This document shows positions 48,354-59,100 of a stretch of DNA of 64,000 bases, in pieces. A program made the position numbers and the translations under genes. The notes below the pieces were generated by a model, which made no database searches, was not told the origin of the DNA, and saw nothing but the letters and a program-made list of their open reading frames with translations. The stretch's first letter is position 1. Each line of letters begins with the position of its first letter. Source of the DNA: an uncultured bacterium (GTDB lineage Bacteria > Abyssobacteria > SURF-5); the NCBI GenBank assembly GCA_964607485.1, contig CAZSKP010000003.1:64001-128000 (forward strand), read 5' to 3'.

Positions 48354-49940
48354 TCAGTTAACTTCCTGCCTCCCACTATCTCTCAGTCCGCCCATTTCCA
48401 ACGACTCGGTCCGCAGATTGGACGAACGAAGTTCGGCTTTCATTATCTTGCCATGATCATTGAGCGGCAGTCGATGAAGAATCGATATGACGTGCGGAAC
48501 CTTGTAGTTCGGAAGACGGTCGTTGCAGAACCGTCTGATCTCGCGGTCGGTAACGACACCGGGTTTGCGAGGAACCACATAGGCAGCAATCGCCTCTCCC
48601 CATAGTTCATCCGGAATCCCGATGACGGCCACGTGCAACACATCCGGATGGCTGGCGATTATCTCTTCAATTTCCTGGGGGCTGACACGGTTGCCCATGG
48701 ACTTAATGAAGTCCCGCGCTCGATCGACAATATAGATGAACCCGTCTCCATCCACTCGTGCCATGTCACCCGTGTAAAGCTTGCATCCCCGGAAAAACTT
48801 GGCAGTCTCCTCAGGGTCATTCCAGTACCCATGGGTGATGTTCGGTCCGGATGCCACTATCTCACCCACCTCTTCCGACCCGGGACAAACCGGTTTGCCG
48901 TCTTCTCGAATCACTTCGAGTTTGGTTGAGGGAAGTCCGCGACCGATTGAACCCTGTTTTATGTCCAAAAGCTCGGGTGGCAGGTAAGACAGGCGCGCCG
49001 TGGCCTCCGTCTGTCCGTACATGATGAAAATCTTGACATTCGGCTGTGCGGCCCGCAATTCCTTAACAAGGGGGGCGGGAAGCCTGCCTCCTGCTTGTTG
49101 CAGCCAGCGTAAGGCGGGGAATTGGCGTTGGGCAAAGTGGGTGCGCCGGAGCAATATCTGATAGGATGACGGAACTCCAGCGAAGCCGGTGCATTCTTTT
49201 GCTTCGAGTTCATCCAACACTTTCTCGGGAAACATGAAACTGCTGCAAAGCACGACCGAGGCGCCTACACGAAGATGAGTATGCAGTAACGAGAGGCCGA
49301 AGCAATAAGAAAATGGCAAGACGGCCAGCACACAATCCTCTTCTGTAAGGCCCAGATATGAAACTATGTCGTTCGTGTTGGTCCCTATGTTCCGGTGAGT
49401 CACCATCACTCCCTTGGGTTGTCCCGTGGAACCGGACGTGAACATGATTGCAGCCAGGTCAGAATCAGGATCGATCACGATACGGTCAAGGGCAGAGATA
49501 TCTTTCGCCCGTACGGCTGGTGTTTCTCCATCGTTGTGCACACACACTGTTTCTTCAGGCCACACGTGAACTCCCGCTCTTCGGGACCATTCTGTCACCT
49601 GCTCGACATATTTCCGTTGCACGAGAACATGTCTGAAAGCTGCGGTCTCTGCAATGTTGGAAAACGTTCGCTCATCTGTACTGGGGGGAAAGGGAACTGA
49701 ACACAGACCAGCCCGAATCGTTGCCAGGTATCCCAAGACAAAGAAGGGGATATTGTCGCTGTACAGGCCGACGCAGTCTCCCTTCTGAGTCCCTGACGCC
49801 AACAGGTCACATGCAAGGCTATCGACTTTCCGGCGGAGGCCGCGATAGGTCAGTATGTAATCGCGGAATAGTATGGCCGGCGAATCATCCTTTCCCTCGG
49901 CAAGGAGAACCGCGGCTATGTTGGCCGAAGCATCAGGCAT
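48354..49940 (-). CDS. AMP-dependent acyl-CoA/acyl-ACP ligase
   Basis: FTSGSTGQPKGV, YCFGLS, QAGG, MYGQTEAT, YTGD, R.SPQEIE, GKI. Confidence 0.93.
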   Translation of the reverse strand: MPDASANIAAVLLAEGKDDSPAILFRDYILTYRGLRRKVDSLACDLLASGTQKGDCVGLYSDNIPFFVLGYLATIRAGLCSVPFPPSTDERTFSNIAETAAFRHVLVQRKYVEQVTEWSRRAGVHVWPEETVCVHNDGETPAVRAKDISALDRIVIDPDSDLAAIMFTSGSTGQPKGVMVTHRNIGTNTNDIVSYLGLTEEDCVLAVLPFSYCFGLSLLHTHLRVGASVVLCSSFMFPEKVLDELEAKECTGFAGVPSSYQILLRRTHFAQRQFPALRWLQQAGGRLPAPLVKELRAAQPNVKIFIMYGQTEATARLSYLPPELLDIKQGSIGRGLPSTKLEVIREDGKPVCPGSEEVGEIVASGPNITHGYWNDPEETAKFFRGCKLYTGDMARVDGDGFIYIVDRARDFIKSMGNRVSPQEIEEIIASHPDVLHVAVIGIPDELWGEAIAAYVVPRKPGVVTDREIRRFCNDRLPNYKVPHVISILHRLPLNDHGKIMKAELRSSNLRTESLEMGGLRDSGRQEVN

Positions 49941-49943
49941 TTG

Positions 49944-50180
49944 CTACTGCACACCCCTCTGCGCTAGAACGTCCAGAATATCTCGGACAGAAGCCATTTG
50001 CATAATCTCGTCTATCTCAAACTGGAGACCAAATTCCTCTTCCAACATCCCAGCCATATTCATATGACCGAGAGAATCCCATTTTGATACGTCGTCTGGA
50101 GTGGTTTCGGCAGAGATGCTTTCAGCGGGCACGGCAAAAACCTCGCTAAACACCTTCGCTACGCGCTCAATGGTTTTCAC
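49944..50180 (-). CDS. acyl carrier protein
   Basis: WDSLGHM phosphopantetheine motif, acidic, 78 aa. Confidence 0.9.
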   Translation of the reverse strand: MKTIERVAKVFSEVFAVPAESISAETTPDDVSKWDSLGHMNMAGMLEEEFGLQFEIDEIMQMASVRDILDVLAQRGVQ

Positions 50181-50330
50181 AAAATATTTTCCTTAATAAA
50201 TCTTGTCTCTCTTCATCCGGCCGGCTCTATGCATACTATTCTTTCAAAAACTCCGCCCCACATAAGAAAGAGAAAGGTTGCGCGTTAACGCAAGTCCGTT
50301 TCGCGAGCGCTGGGCCGATGAGCACCCAGC

Positions 50331-51047
50331 TCATAAGTTCATGCCACCATCTAGCGAGAAGACGGACCCGGTCACGTTTCTGGCTTCTTCGGAGAGTAGC
50401 CACATGACTAGTGCGGCAACTTCCTCCGGAGTTTGAAGCTCTCCTAGCGGAATTCCCTTCTTCACCAGGCTGAACATGATAGGAGTCGTCAAGCTTGTCT
50501 TGACGGCCCCCGGGCAGATCACATTAGCTCTGATTTTTTTCGAGGCATACTCTGCCGCAACTGCTCTCGTGTAATGAAGCAATCCCGCCTTTGTTGCTCC
50601 ATACACCGCAAGTTTCGGAGTGGCTTTCAGGCCGGCTACAGACGAGATGTTGATAATGTGACCGCCGGAGTCCTGTTCGAGCATGGCTTTGAGCGCAATG
50701 GCAGTAAGAAGAGCGGGAGCTTCGAGGTTAACCGCGATATGTTTGCGAACCGACTCGAAGGTCGAGTCATGCGCATTCTCAAACGACATGACACCTGCGT
50801 TGTTTATCAGAACGTCTATGCCTTTCATCTCTTCGATTGCGGCTTGAAGAGCAGCGCTTGCAGCCTCAAATTCCATCAAGTCGACGGAATGGTAGGTGGT
50901 ATTGTTAACAAGATCTTTTCCCACCTCTTGCCAACGCTCCCGGGTATCAAGTGCCAAAACGTGCACTACATGACCCTCCGCAGTCAACCGTTTGGCAATG
51001 GCCAGTCCGATTCCCGATGAAGCCCCGGTTATAGCGATTCTTTTCAT
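50331..51047 (-). CDS. short-chain dehydrogenase/reductase (FabG-like)
   Basis: ITGASSGIG, NNAG, NISS, YGATK, N.ICPG, DGG; ATG at 51047 with GAGG RBS. Confidence 0.9.
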   Translation of the reverse strand: MKRIAITGASSGIGLAIAKRLTAEGHVVHVLALDTRERWQEVGKDLVNNTTYHSVDLMEFEAASAALQAAIEEMKGIDVLINNAGVMSFENAHDSTFESVRKHIAVNLEAPALLTAIALKAMLEQDSGGHIINISSVAGLKATPKLAVYGATKAGLLHYTRAVAAEYASKKIRANVICPGAVKTSLTTPIMFSLVKKGIPLGELQTPEEVAALVMWLLSEEARNVTGSVFSLDGGMNL

Positions 51048-51108
51048 GTCGCTTACCTCTTCCAGTCCTTTCAAGGCCGAACGTGCCAGAACTTGGCAGA
51101 CTTTGCCT

Positions 51109-51493
51109 TCAAATGAATCCTAGCGCTGCCTCTCCTGCCCAAGCCCCGGGGACTATCATACAATCACCTGCGATTTCGTCGATGGACTGGGCTGCATCGT
51201 GGTGACAAAAGTTCGCACAACCGTATCCCCTGTCCGTGGAAACGCTTATACAGGTGTTGAACAGCCCAGAGTTCATCGACGCAAGTAGCAACTTGCTACA
51301 CTTCCGGAGGAGAAAGCTCGAGAGCCTCGAATGTAGTGACGCAGGTCCTCGAAAGAAAGGATCGACAGCCCCCGGCATGTCGGCAAGAGCAGCTATTTCA
51401 TACTCGACGCCGTCCGCCTTGGCAAGATCTTGGAGAATGGCCTCTACTTCACGAGCAAAGTCCCGAGCTCCGAGAAGTGAATATTTTTTTCAC
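51109..51493 (-). pseudogene. decayed NeuD/PglD-type sugar acetyltransferase
   Basis: GTG at 51493, +1 frameshift in A7 tract, then LLGARDFAREVEAIL...YEIAALAD (Rossmann-like GAGGFAREV) and GY..ANFCHH.A....I...CMIVPGA; stops before the hexapeptide repeats. Confidence 0.62.
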
Positions 51494-51551
51494 TTAATTG
51501 TGCTCAATATCTTTATGTTCCCCCAACTTATGACCTTACCAAATGCAGTGA

Positions 51552-51581
51552 ATTCTATCATATCATCTTTCGGGATGTCAA
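51552..51581 (-). promoter_or_regulatory. sigma70 promoter driving the SDR-ACP-ligase-luxE-luxC block
   Basis: minus strand TTGACA-N18-TAGAAT with extended -10 TG. Confidence 0.72.
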
Positions 51582-52119
51582 GATATCCGCCTCGCTCGCA
51601 GACCCGCATTTCGGACAAGAAAAAGGACTTTGACAGAGGAGGGCAGATTCCAAAAGTTCTTGACAAAGGCCTTAACGCCCACGATAAGAAAAACCTGGTA
51701 GCGAGGGGGTGGACGACAAACTCTTTCGAATCCCGCGTCCGGCTCTTCGCCGAATCGTCCGATTTCTCTCCACAGATATACCCTTGTTGGTCGATGGTAA
51801 AGCGGTTCAGGGCATGGGAGGACGTAGTTGCCTCATTACATCACGACGCGCATTGATTTGATTTAATGTTTCAAGGTGAGACACAGCCAGTCCCGCTTAC
51901 TGCGCACGACAGATAAGCACGGACTTCCGTAGTCGAGTACGAGGAATATTCCGAAAGTCATAAAATGTGGGAGAATTGTGAGATGAGGAAATTCAGCCCG
52001 CGGAGATGTCGTTCCCGGAACAAGGCGTGTGAACAGATTCCGGACTCCATAATTATTTGGTGAGAAATTCCTTGATCGTTCAAACAGTCAGGGAGTGACC
52101 TTCTCGGCAGATGAGACAG

Positions 52120-53325
52120 TCACCTCATATTCTCGGATCCCAGGGTTTGGAGAGTCTTGAGCACATGGCAGATGTTTCGTAGCTCGCTTTCCTGCAGTGT
52201 TCCGCAAAGCGGCAGACACAACACCTGTCGGGCGACGCGTTCGGCTACCGGCAGGTTGCTCGGCGCGGCCGAGGGAAGCGCGGAATAACAGGAGAAGTGG
52301 CTGCATAACGGATGGAAGTATTTGCGCGGATGAACATTGAATTGTTTCAGCAGCGTGTAGAGTTCGTCCCGGCTCATCCCGTAACGCTTTTCATCGATGA
52401 GAATGGGGAAATAGGCGTAGTTGGGACGCACGTGCGGGATTTCTTCGAGGAGCGAGAGTCCCGGAATATCCCTCAATCCGTCTCGATAGATTCCGCTCAG
52501 CCTGCCCCGGTTGGCAATCTCTTCGTCCACCATGTCAAGCTGAAGGAGGCCGAAGGCCGCCTGAAACTCGTTCATCTTGCCGTTGATTCCCGGGCCGATG
52601 ACCGTCTCCTCGCCGGCGATCCCGAAGTTTCTCAGGAAGCCGATGCGTCTTTTTTGGTCTGCGGATTTGGAGATCAGCGCACCGCCCTCGCCAGTCGTGA
52701 AGAGCTTGGTCGCGTGGAAGCTCAGCACGGAGATGTCGCCGTACGAAAGGATCGACCGGCCGTTGTAGCGCACGCCGAAGGCATGGGCGGCATCGTATAT
52801 CACATGCAAACCGTGCGTGTCCGCGATTGCCTGGATGGCCTCCACATCACAGGGAGTTCCGTAGACGTGCACCGCCAGTATAGCCTTTGTGTCGGGGCTG
52901 ATGAGACGTTCCAGCCGGTTGGGGTCCAGGTTGAAGGTTTTCTCGTCAATGTCGCAGAAAACGGGCCGGACCCGGTTCCAGTACAGAACGTGGGAGGTGG
53001 CGGGAAAGGTAAACGGAGTGGTAATCACCTCACCGCTGTTTATGCGCAGCGCCTGAAGCGCCACCAGAAGAGCTATTGTGCCATTGCAGAAGAGGGACAA
53101 ATGTTCCACGTCCAGATATTGGGCCAATCGGGCCTCTAACTCCCTGTGAAGCTCTCCGTCGTTGGTGAGCCATTGACGCTTCCAGATTCCCTCGAGTTTC
53201 TCACGATACTGGCCCAGGCTCGGCATGCTCGGACGCGTCACCAGGATCGGCTCAGGGAATTTATATTTGAGGATGAGGCTGTCCAAAGAAGGATGTTGCA
53301 AACGATTGCCAGCCCTGGTTTCCAC
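52120..53325 (-). CDS. DegT/DnrJ/EryC1/StrS sugar aminotransferase, VioA-like
   Basis: VTRP..P, WLTN.G, NGT.AL, TTPFTF.AT, VIYDAAHAFG, SFHATKLF.T.EGG (PLP Lys), GINGKMNE; GTG at 53325 with GGAGG RBS. Confidence 0.9.
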   Translation of the reverse strand: METRAGNRLQHPSLDSLILKYKFPEPILVTRPSMPSLGQYREKLEGIWKRQWLTNDGELHRELEARLAQYLDVEHLSLFCNGTIALLVALQALRINSGEVITTPFTFPATSHVLYWNRVRPVFCDIDEKTFNLDPNRLERLISPDTKAILAVHVYGTPCDVEAIQAIADTHGLHVIYDAAHAFGVRYNGRSILSYGDISVLSFHATKLFTTGEGGALISKSADQKRRIGFLRNFGIAGEETVIGPGINGKMNEFQAAFGLLQLDMVDEEIANRGRLSGIYRDGLRDIPGLSLLEEIPHVRPNYAYFPILIDEKRYGMSRDELYTLLKQFNVHPRKYFHPLCSHFSCYSALPSAAPSNLPVAERVARQVLCLPLCGTLQESELRNICHVLKTLQTLGSENMR

Positions 53326-53462
53326 CCGAAAGGTTCCTCCCAAGTTCACGCCGCGCCGAGAAAGGAAGGGGAGAATCAATCCCTCTCGGAAGCGGATCTC
53401 GCCGCGCAGCCAAAATGCTTCCTTATTGGCGGTTCCTCACATGCTCAAACCCTGTGAAGCGT

Positions 53463-56132
53463 CTATTCCGTATGGATTCTACAGGCTGAATCGGCATCTG
53501 TCAAGCGCCTGCCGACATAACGTCGATCGATGAATAACCCCAGCAGGATAAGCAGGAGGGTGCCGAGGGAGATGGCCGCTCCCCAGCGCAGACTGGCCGG
53601 CTGGTACTTGAAGAGGACCGTGTGATTGCCCGCGGGCGTCTCGACGGCCCGAAACAGCGAGTTCGCACGCCAGATGGGTGTTCTCACCCCGTCCACGAAC
53701 GCGTTCCAGCCCGGATAGTAACTGTCGGTTAGGATGACGAGCGAGGGCGACTGGACCTCGACATGCAGCTCGACCTCGTCGTTTTCGTACCTGTCGATCC
53801 GCGCCTGGCCGGGATGTGTGGGAGCGTCGGCGGAGGCAAACGAGGGCTGGCCGTCTTCGAGTATTACCGAGCGCGACAGCTCGGAGAGGTTATCCCTGAT
53901 TGCCTGCAGGCTCTGCTGCTCGCCGTGCGTGATTATATAATTGTTGACCAGATAGGTTCGGGGGAGGGCGAATCTGTTCTCGTAAACATGGATCTCCGAG
54001 GTTGCATCATTACCGGAATGGCTTGATTTCCAAATCTCGTGATAATTGTCTTTCACCACATCTTCGCCAAGCACGTCGTTGGTAACGACATAGCGTAACG
54101 AGGCCAAGCCTACCATCTGTGCCTGCTTCAGGAACAATTCCATAAAGGGGCCGCCTATGATTCCGTAAAATGGCGCAAGACGGCTATGTTTGTCAAACTC
54201 TTCGGGACCCAGCATGGATCGAACGTAGTTCCTCCACCTGGCCAGTGTAAGAGAATCGTAGTTATTAACATCAAGAAACTGGAACATGCTTCCGAGATTG
54301 GGATTTATGATGGCAGTGATGATGACGTTAGAAAGGAGTACGCGATCTTGCCCCGCGTGCGCTTTTGTCCACTTTACCCTCTCGTCGGAAAGAGAATCCG
54401 CGGAGACGAGTTTGGTGGTGGCTGGAACCGGCCACCGGATTTGCCTCCGTGGAACAACATCGAACAGTATCAGCAGCATCACCGCCCATACGCTCAACCT
54501 CCTTGTCCAGGAAGGAAGTCCGGGTGCATGCAATAGGAAGACCAGAACCAGGGTCATGACGCAAATGAAGTATCCTGTCGATTCAAACCTACTTCCGAAC
54601 GCAATGCTCAACGGAATCAGCCCGACCGCCATTCCCGCCGCGAACCTCTTCATCCGACGAGAACAGTCGAAAGCGCATGAAACGACGAGGAGAATCAGTG
54701 GGATGCAGAACAGGACCACCATGAGATCGATTTCCGCATACATCATATCTTTGAACAAAATAACGCTGAGTACGCCGACCAATAGCACCGCCACTGTCAG
54801 AATCCCTTTCATCCGGAAAGAATAACTGGAGACAAATATCAAGAGGATGGAGGCAAAGAGCATCCAAGGGAGTACAATCACAATATAACCGGCTGAGCGA
54901 AATAGCAGTCTGACACTGGTTGAGCAAACCGGATACGATAAGCTGAGCGTGTACAAGGCCGCCAGAACCAGGAGCCAGTTCAAGCTCCCGGTTTGCGAGT
55001 TCCGTAACCTCATAGATCCCATGTCCAGTAAAGAGGAAAGGCCGATTCCTGCAAGAACCGCAATCGCAAAGCTCCCCAGAGGGATAATCCTCTCGGGGAG
55101 ACGAAAGCTGTCCGAGAAAGGGATCATGCCAAAAATTGCCAGCGCCGGCCTGTGCTTTGACAGAACAAAAAGCAATGCGTAGCCGAAGGTGGCAGACAAG
55201 GCAATCAAGATTCGCCGGTTCTTCTTGGAGGTAAATGCGAAAGGAACGAGAAGCAGCGAGCTGCCGAAGTAGGGCATAATTGAAGGACCCGACCATCTGC
55301 TTATGGAATTCTGCAATGTTCTGAGGGGTGAAAATCCCTTGATCAGGAGCATTGTGCTCCGGTCCATTTGCTCCGTCACATTGCGGACAGAATTAAGAGA
55401 CAGCTCCAGCGTGGGCAAAAATTGGACAGCTACCAGGCCCGCTGTGAATAAAAAGGCGAGACCAATAAGGCCCAGTCTCAAGGAGACACCCTTCAGCTCA
55501 TAACGGGACCATGAGAGAAGGAGAACGAGAAGAACGTAAATGGATAAAATGATGCAAATGTAGTAAAAGTACTGTGTGAATCCCGCCAAGAAGCAGAGGG
55601 TCAGGGATAGAGTCAGAGCCAGGCAAGCCCCGAAGGTGGGTTTGTCAAGAAGCCGGTGGGCCAACCAGAAGATAACCGGCAGCCAGCAATAGGTGGCGCC
55701 GACGCATGGGCTGAAGGTCTCTGCCAGTACGGAAAATCCGAAAAGTATGGTGGCTAGGGTCACGGCCGGCCAGTCGAACTTTAGGTAGCGCATATAAAGC
55801 ACCACCCCCGCCATGCCAACAACGACGCCCACAAACTGGATGAGCAACATCGCGTGCGGCAAGTCCAGAAGAAATATTGCCCAGTTAATCGGGTAGAGAT
55901 GTCCCATTCCGATCATTGCAAAGAAGGGACGGCCCATCGCTTGATAAGGGTTCCACAACGGAAGCGATCCCGCCAGAACACTCTGCCTGGCAAACGTTTG
56001 GAAAGGAAGAGATTGAGTATACACATCAAGTTGGGGCAGTCTGTCCCCCGCTTTTTCCATTTGATACAGGGCGTTTGCCAAAAAACCCAAGATGCCGATT
56101 ATGACCAGAATCGGCGTGAGCGGCCGCTTCAT
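53463..56132 (-). CDS. YfhO-family GT-C membrane protein, paralog 3
   Basis: D...Q..P, LPLWNPY...G.P, LYP.NW, AVQFLP..EL, many TM, C-terminal N..ALPR.Y and TDSYYPGW.AFVDG..ANSLFRAV; ATG at 56132 overlaps upstream stop. Confidence 0.88.
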   Translation of the reverse strand: MKRPLTPILVIIGILGFLANALYQMEKAGDRLPQLDVYTQSLPFQTFARQSVLAGSLPLWNPYQAMGRPFFAMIGMGHLYPINWAIFLLDLPHAMLLIQFVGVVVGMAGVVLYMRYLKFDWPAVTLATILFGFSVLAETFSPCVGATYCWLPVIFWLAHRLLDKPTFGACLALTLSLTLCFLAGFTQYFYYICIILSIYVLLVLLLSWSRYELKGVSLRLGLIGLAFLFTAGLVAVQFLPTLELSLNSVRNVTEQMDRSTMLLIKGFSPLRTLQNSISRWSGPSIMPYFGSSLLLVPFAFTSKKNRRILIALSATFGYALLFVLSKHRPALAIFGMIPFSDSFRLPERIIPLGSFAIAVLAGIGLSSLLDMGSMRLRNSQTGSLNWLLVLAALYTLSLSYPVCSTSVRLLFRSAGYIVIVLPWMLFASILLIFVSSYSFRMKGILTVAVLLVGVLSVILFKDMMYAEIDLMVVLFCIPLILLVVSCAFDCSRRMKRFAAGMAVGLIPLSIAFGSRFESTGYFICVMTLVLVFLLHAPGLPSWTRRLSVWAVMLLILFDVVPRRQIRWPVPATTKLVSADSLSDERVKWTKAHAGQDRVLLSNVIITAIINPNLGSMFQFLDVNNYDSLTLARWRNYVRSMLGPEEFDKHSRLAPFYGIIGGPFMELFLKQAQMVGLASLRYVVTNDVLGEDVVKDNYHEIWKSSHSGNDATSEIHVYENRFALPRTYLVNNYIITHGEQQSLQAIRDNLSELSRSVILEDGQPSFASADAPTHPGQARIDRYENDEVELHVEVQSPSLVILTDSYYPGWNAFVDGVRTPIWRANSLFRAVETPAGNHTVLFKYQPASLRWGAAISLGTLLLILLGLFIDRRYVGRRLTDADSACRIHTE

Positions 56133-59100
56133 CTTTTGCTCCTCTTTCTCAAGACCACAAAAGAAAATGAACACAGAATGAGCAAGAGGGTGCCGAGGGA
56201 GATGGCCGCTCCCCAACGCAGACTGGCGGGCTGGTACTTGAAGACAACCGTGTGATTGCCCGCGGGCGTCTCGACGGCCCGAAACAGCGAGTTCGCACGC
56301 CAGATGGGCGTCCTCACGCCGTCCACGAACGCGTTCCAGCCCGGATAGTATCCGTCGGTCAGGATGACAAGCGAGGGTTTGTCGGCCTCGACATGCAGCT
56401 CGACCTCGTCGTTTTCGTACCTGTCGATTCGCGCGCGGCCGGAACGTGTGGAAGCATCGGAGGAGGCAAACGAGGGCTGGCCGTTTTCGAGTATTACCGA
56501 GTGCGACAGCTCGGAGAGGTTATTCCTGATTGCCTGCAGGCTCTCCTGCTCGCCGTGCGTGATTATATAATTGTTGACCAGATAGGTTCGGGGCAGGGCG
56601 AATTCATTCTCGTAAATGCAGATTTCCGGTTCCGTGCTGTTTTGATATCTCAATTTCCATGAATCCCGGCTATCCTCTTCTGACATTTCGCTGTCCGTAA
56701 CCATGTACCGCAAAGAAGCAAGCCCCATCTCTTTTGCCCGTTGCGGCAGGTCCTTCTCGAAACCGACGAAGAGTCCATAAAATGTGACAATCTCTTCAAA
56801 TTCCTTGTCCCCTATCATAAACTCGACAAAATCTCCCCATCTCGCCAAGGTGAACGATGTGTAGCTGCTAATGTTAAAAATTCGGTCTCCAGACCCGCGA
56901 CTCTTTTCGGGTGAGTTCACTGCGTATTTCAGATATACACGGTCATATCCCGCGTGTTCTGTTATCCACTTTCTCCACGACACATCCGAAGAGCCGGCGT
57001 AGCTCTTGACAGTGGTGGCTGGAACGGTGCTCCGGATATGTCGGTACGAGACAATCTCAACCAGTATTAGCAGCGCCAATACCCACACGCCCGTCTTTTT
57101 CGGCCACGAGGGAAGCCCGGAATCATAGAAGAAGTAGAAGACGAAAACGGCCGTCATGAAAAGTACGAAACATCCTGTTGGTTCGAATCTGTGTCCGAAC
57201 ACAATACCCAGCACGGCCAGCCCCACCGTCATGCCTAGTATGAATCTCTTCATCCGGGGGACGCCGTCGAGGGCACATATAAACACGAACAGAATCAAGG
57301 AGACGCAGAGCAGGAGGATTATCAAGTCGATGACCGCATCCAGCACGTCCCACAGGTGGACGGCGCCCAGCAGACTGGTCAACAGCACCATTCCCATCAA
57401 TACCGTTTTCACGCGGAAGGAATAACGGGAAGCGCGTATTAAGAAAGCGGCGCCAATCACTATCCAGGGCAACAAGATCACGAAGTAGCCGGATGAGCGA
57501 AATAACAATCTGGGGACGGTCTTGCAGGTTGGGTACGCCACGAAAAGTGTGTACAGAACTGCCAGGATTGGAAACCAATTCAACTTGCCTGTTTCCGTGT
57601 CCCGCAGTCTTACCGACCCTTTTTCCCACAGAACGAGGAGGCCAATGCCCGCCAAGACGCCTAGCGCAAATTGATTCATATCGATCATCCTGGCGTGCCA
57701 ACGCAGGGAATCCGAAAAGGGCAACTTGCCAAAGATGGCCAGCGAAGGCACATGTTTCGACAGGACGAAAAGCACGGTATAACCAATGGTCGCGAACAGG
57801 GCGATCACGACGGGCCGGTCCTTCTTGGACGCAATTGAGAAAGGGACAAACAGAAGAGAGCTGCCATAGTAGTAAATGGCCGCGGACACAAAGAGATTTC
57901 TGTCGCCCCAGATATGCGCCCCCCTGCTGTTCAGGTAATTATTAAACACCAGACTGATTGAAAAGACATCGTAAGGGTCATGTCCCGTTGAAACATATTC
58001 CTTGGTTATATTCCGCACGGAAGATAGGGATAATTCCACCATAGGGAGAAACTGCACGGAGACTATGCCCAGCATCAACACAAAGGCGAGTCCCACCAAG
58101 CTCAATCTGAGCAGCGTGCCCTTAAGCTTGTATTCGGACCAGGAAAACACAATGACAAAGGAGAAATATACAAACCCGATGATGCAGATATAGTAAAAGT
58201 AATTGGCGAAGCCCCCCAGGAAGCAAAGAACGAGAGAAGCTGTCAGGGCGATGCACGCGCCGAAGCTCGGCCTGTCGAAAAGACGGTGGGTCAGCAAGAT
58301 AATAAGAGGAAGCCAACACAGCGTGGCCCCCTTATTCGGGACAAAGGTATCCAGAAACACCGCATATCCAAAAAGCATCGTACCCAGGATAACAGCCGGC
58401 CAGTCAAGCTTCAGATAACGCATATAGAGCAGCGTCCCCACCATACCAATGATGGTGTTCAGAAACTGGATGACCAGCATGGCGCGCGGCACGTCCAGCA
58501 GAAGCATTACCCAATTGATGGGAGAGAGAAGGCTCTGCCCGTTAATGGCGAAAAGGGGACCACCCAACGCATCATAGGGGTTCCACAATGGAAGCGCTCC
58601 CGCCCGAACATACTCCCTGGAGAGTGTTAGGACCGGCCAAAACTGAGAATACATGTCGCTATTTATGAAATTGAGGACGGGAGTGCTTCCCGCTTTCAGT
58701 ACGTCATAGAGGAGCATTGCCAGAAAGAATAGAATTCCCAGGAGGATCAAGGATGGTTTGAGTAGCCGTTTCATCTTTTCCTTCGCCTTCTCGAGACATC
58801 AAGCAGGAGAGCACACAAAATAACCGTGAGGGTGCCGAGGGAGATGGCCGCTCCCCGGCGCAGACTGGCGGGCTGATATCTGAAGAGAACCGTGTGATTG
58901 CCCGCGGGAGTTTCGACGGCTCGAAACAGTGAGTTCGCGCGCCATACGGGCTTCCTCTCTCCGTCCACAAACGCGTTCCAGCCCGGATAGTAGCTGTCGG
59001 TCAGGATGACGAGCGAGGGTTCGCCGGCTTCGACCTGCAATTCGACCTCGTTTATTCCATACCTGCCGATCCGCGCCCGGCCCGGATTTGCGGGCACGGC

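Noticed and set aside
51236-51856. 206-aa plus-strand ORF in the gap before the SDR
   Set aside because: No motifs; overlaps the minus-strand promoter and the acetyltransferase relic
51860-52119. Possible gene remnant downstream of the vioA-like gene
   Set aside because: No frame I tried gave a recognisable protein; left as non-coding
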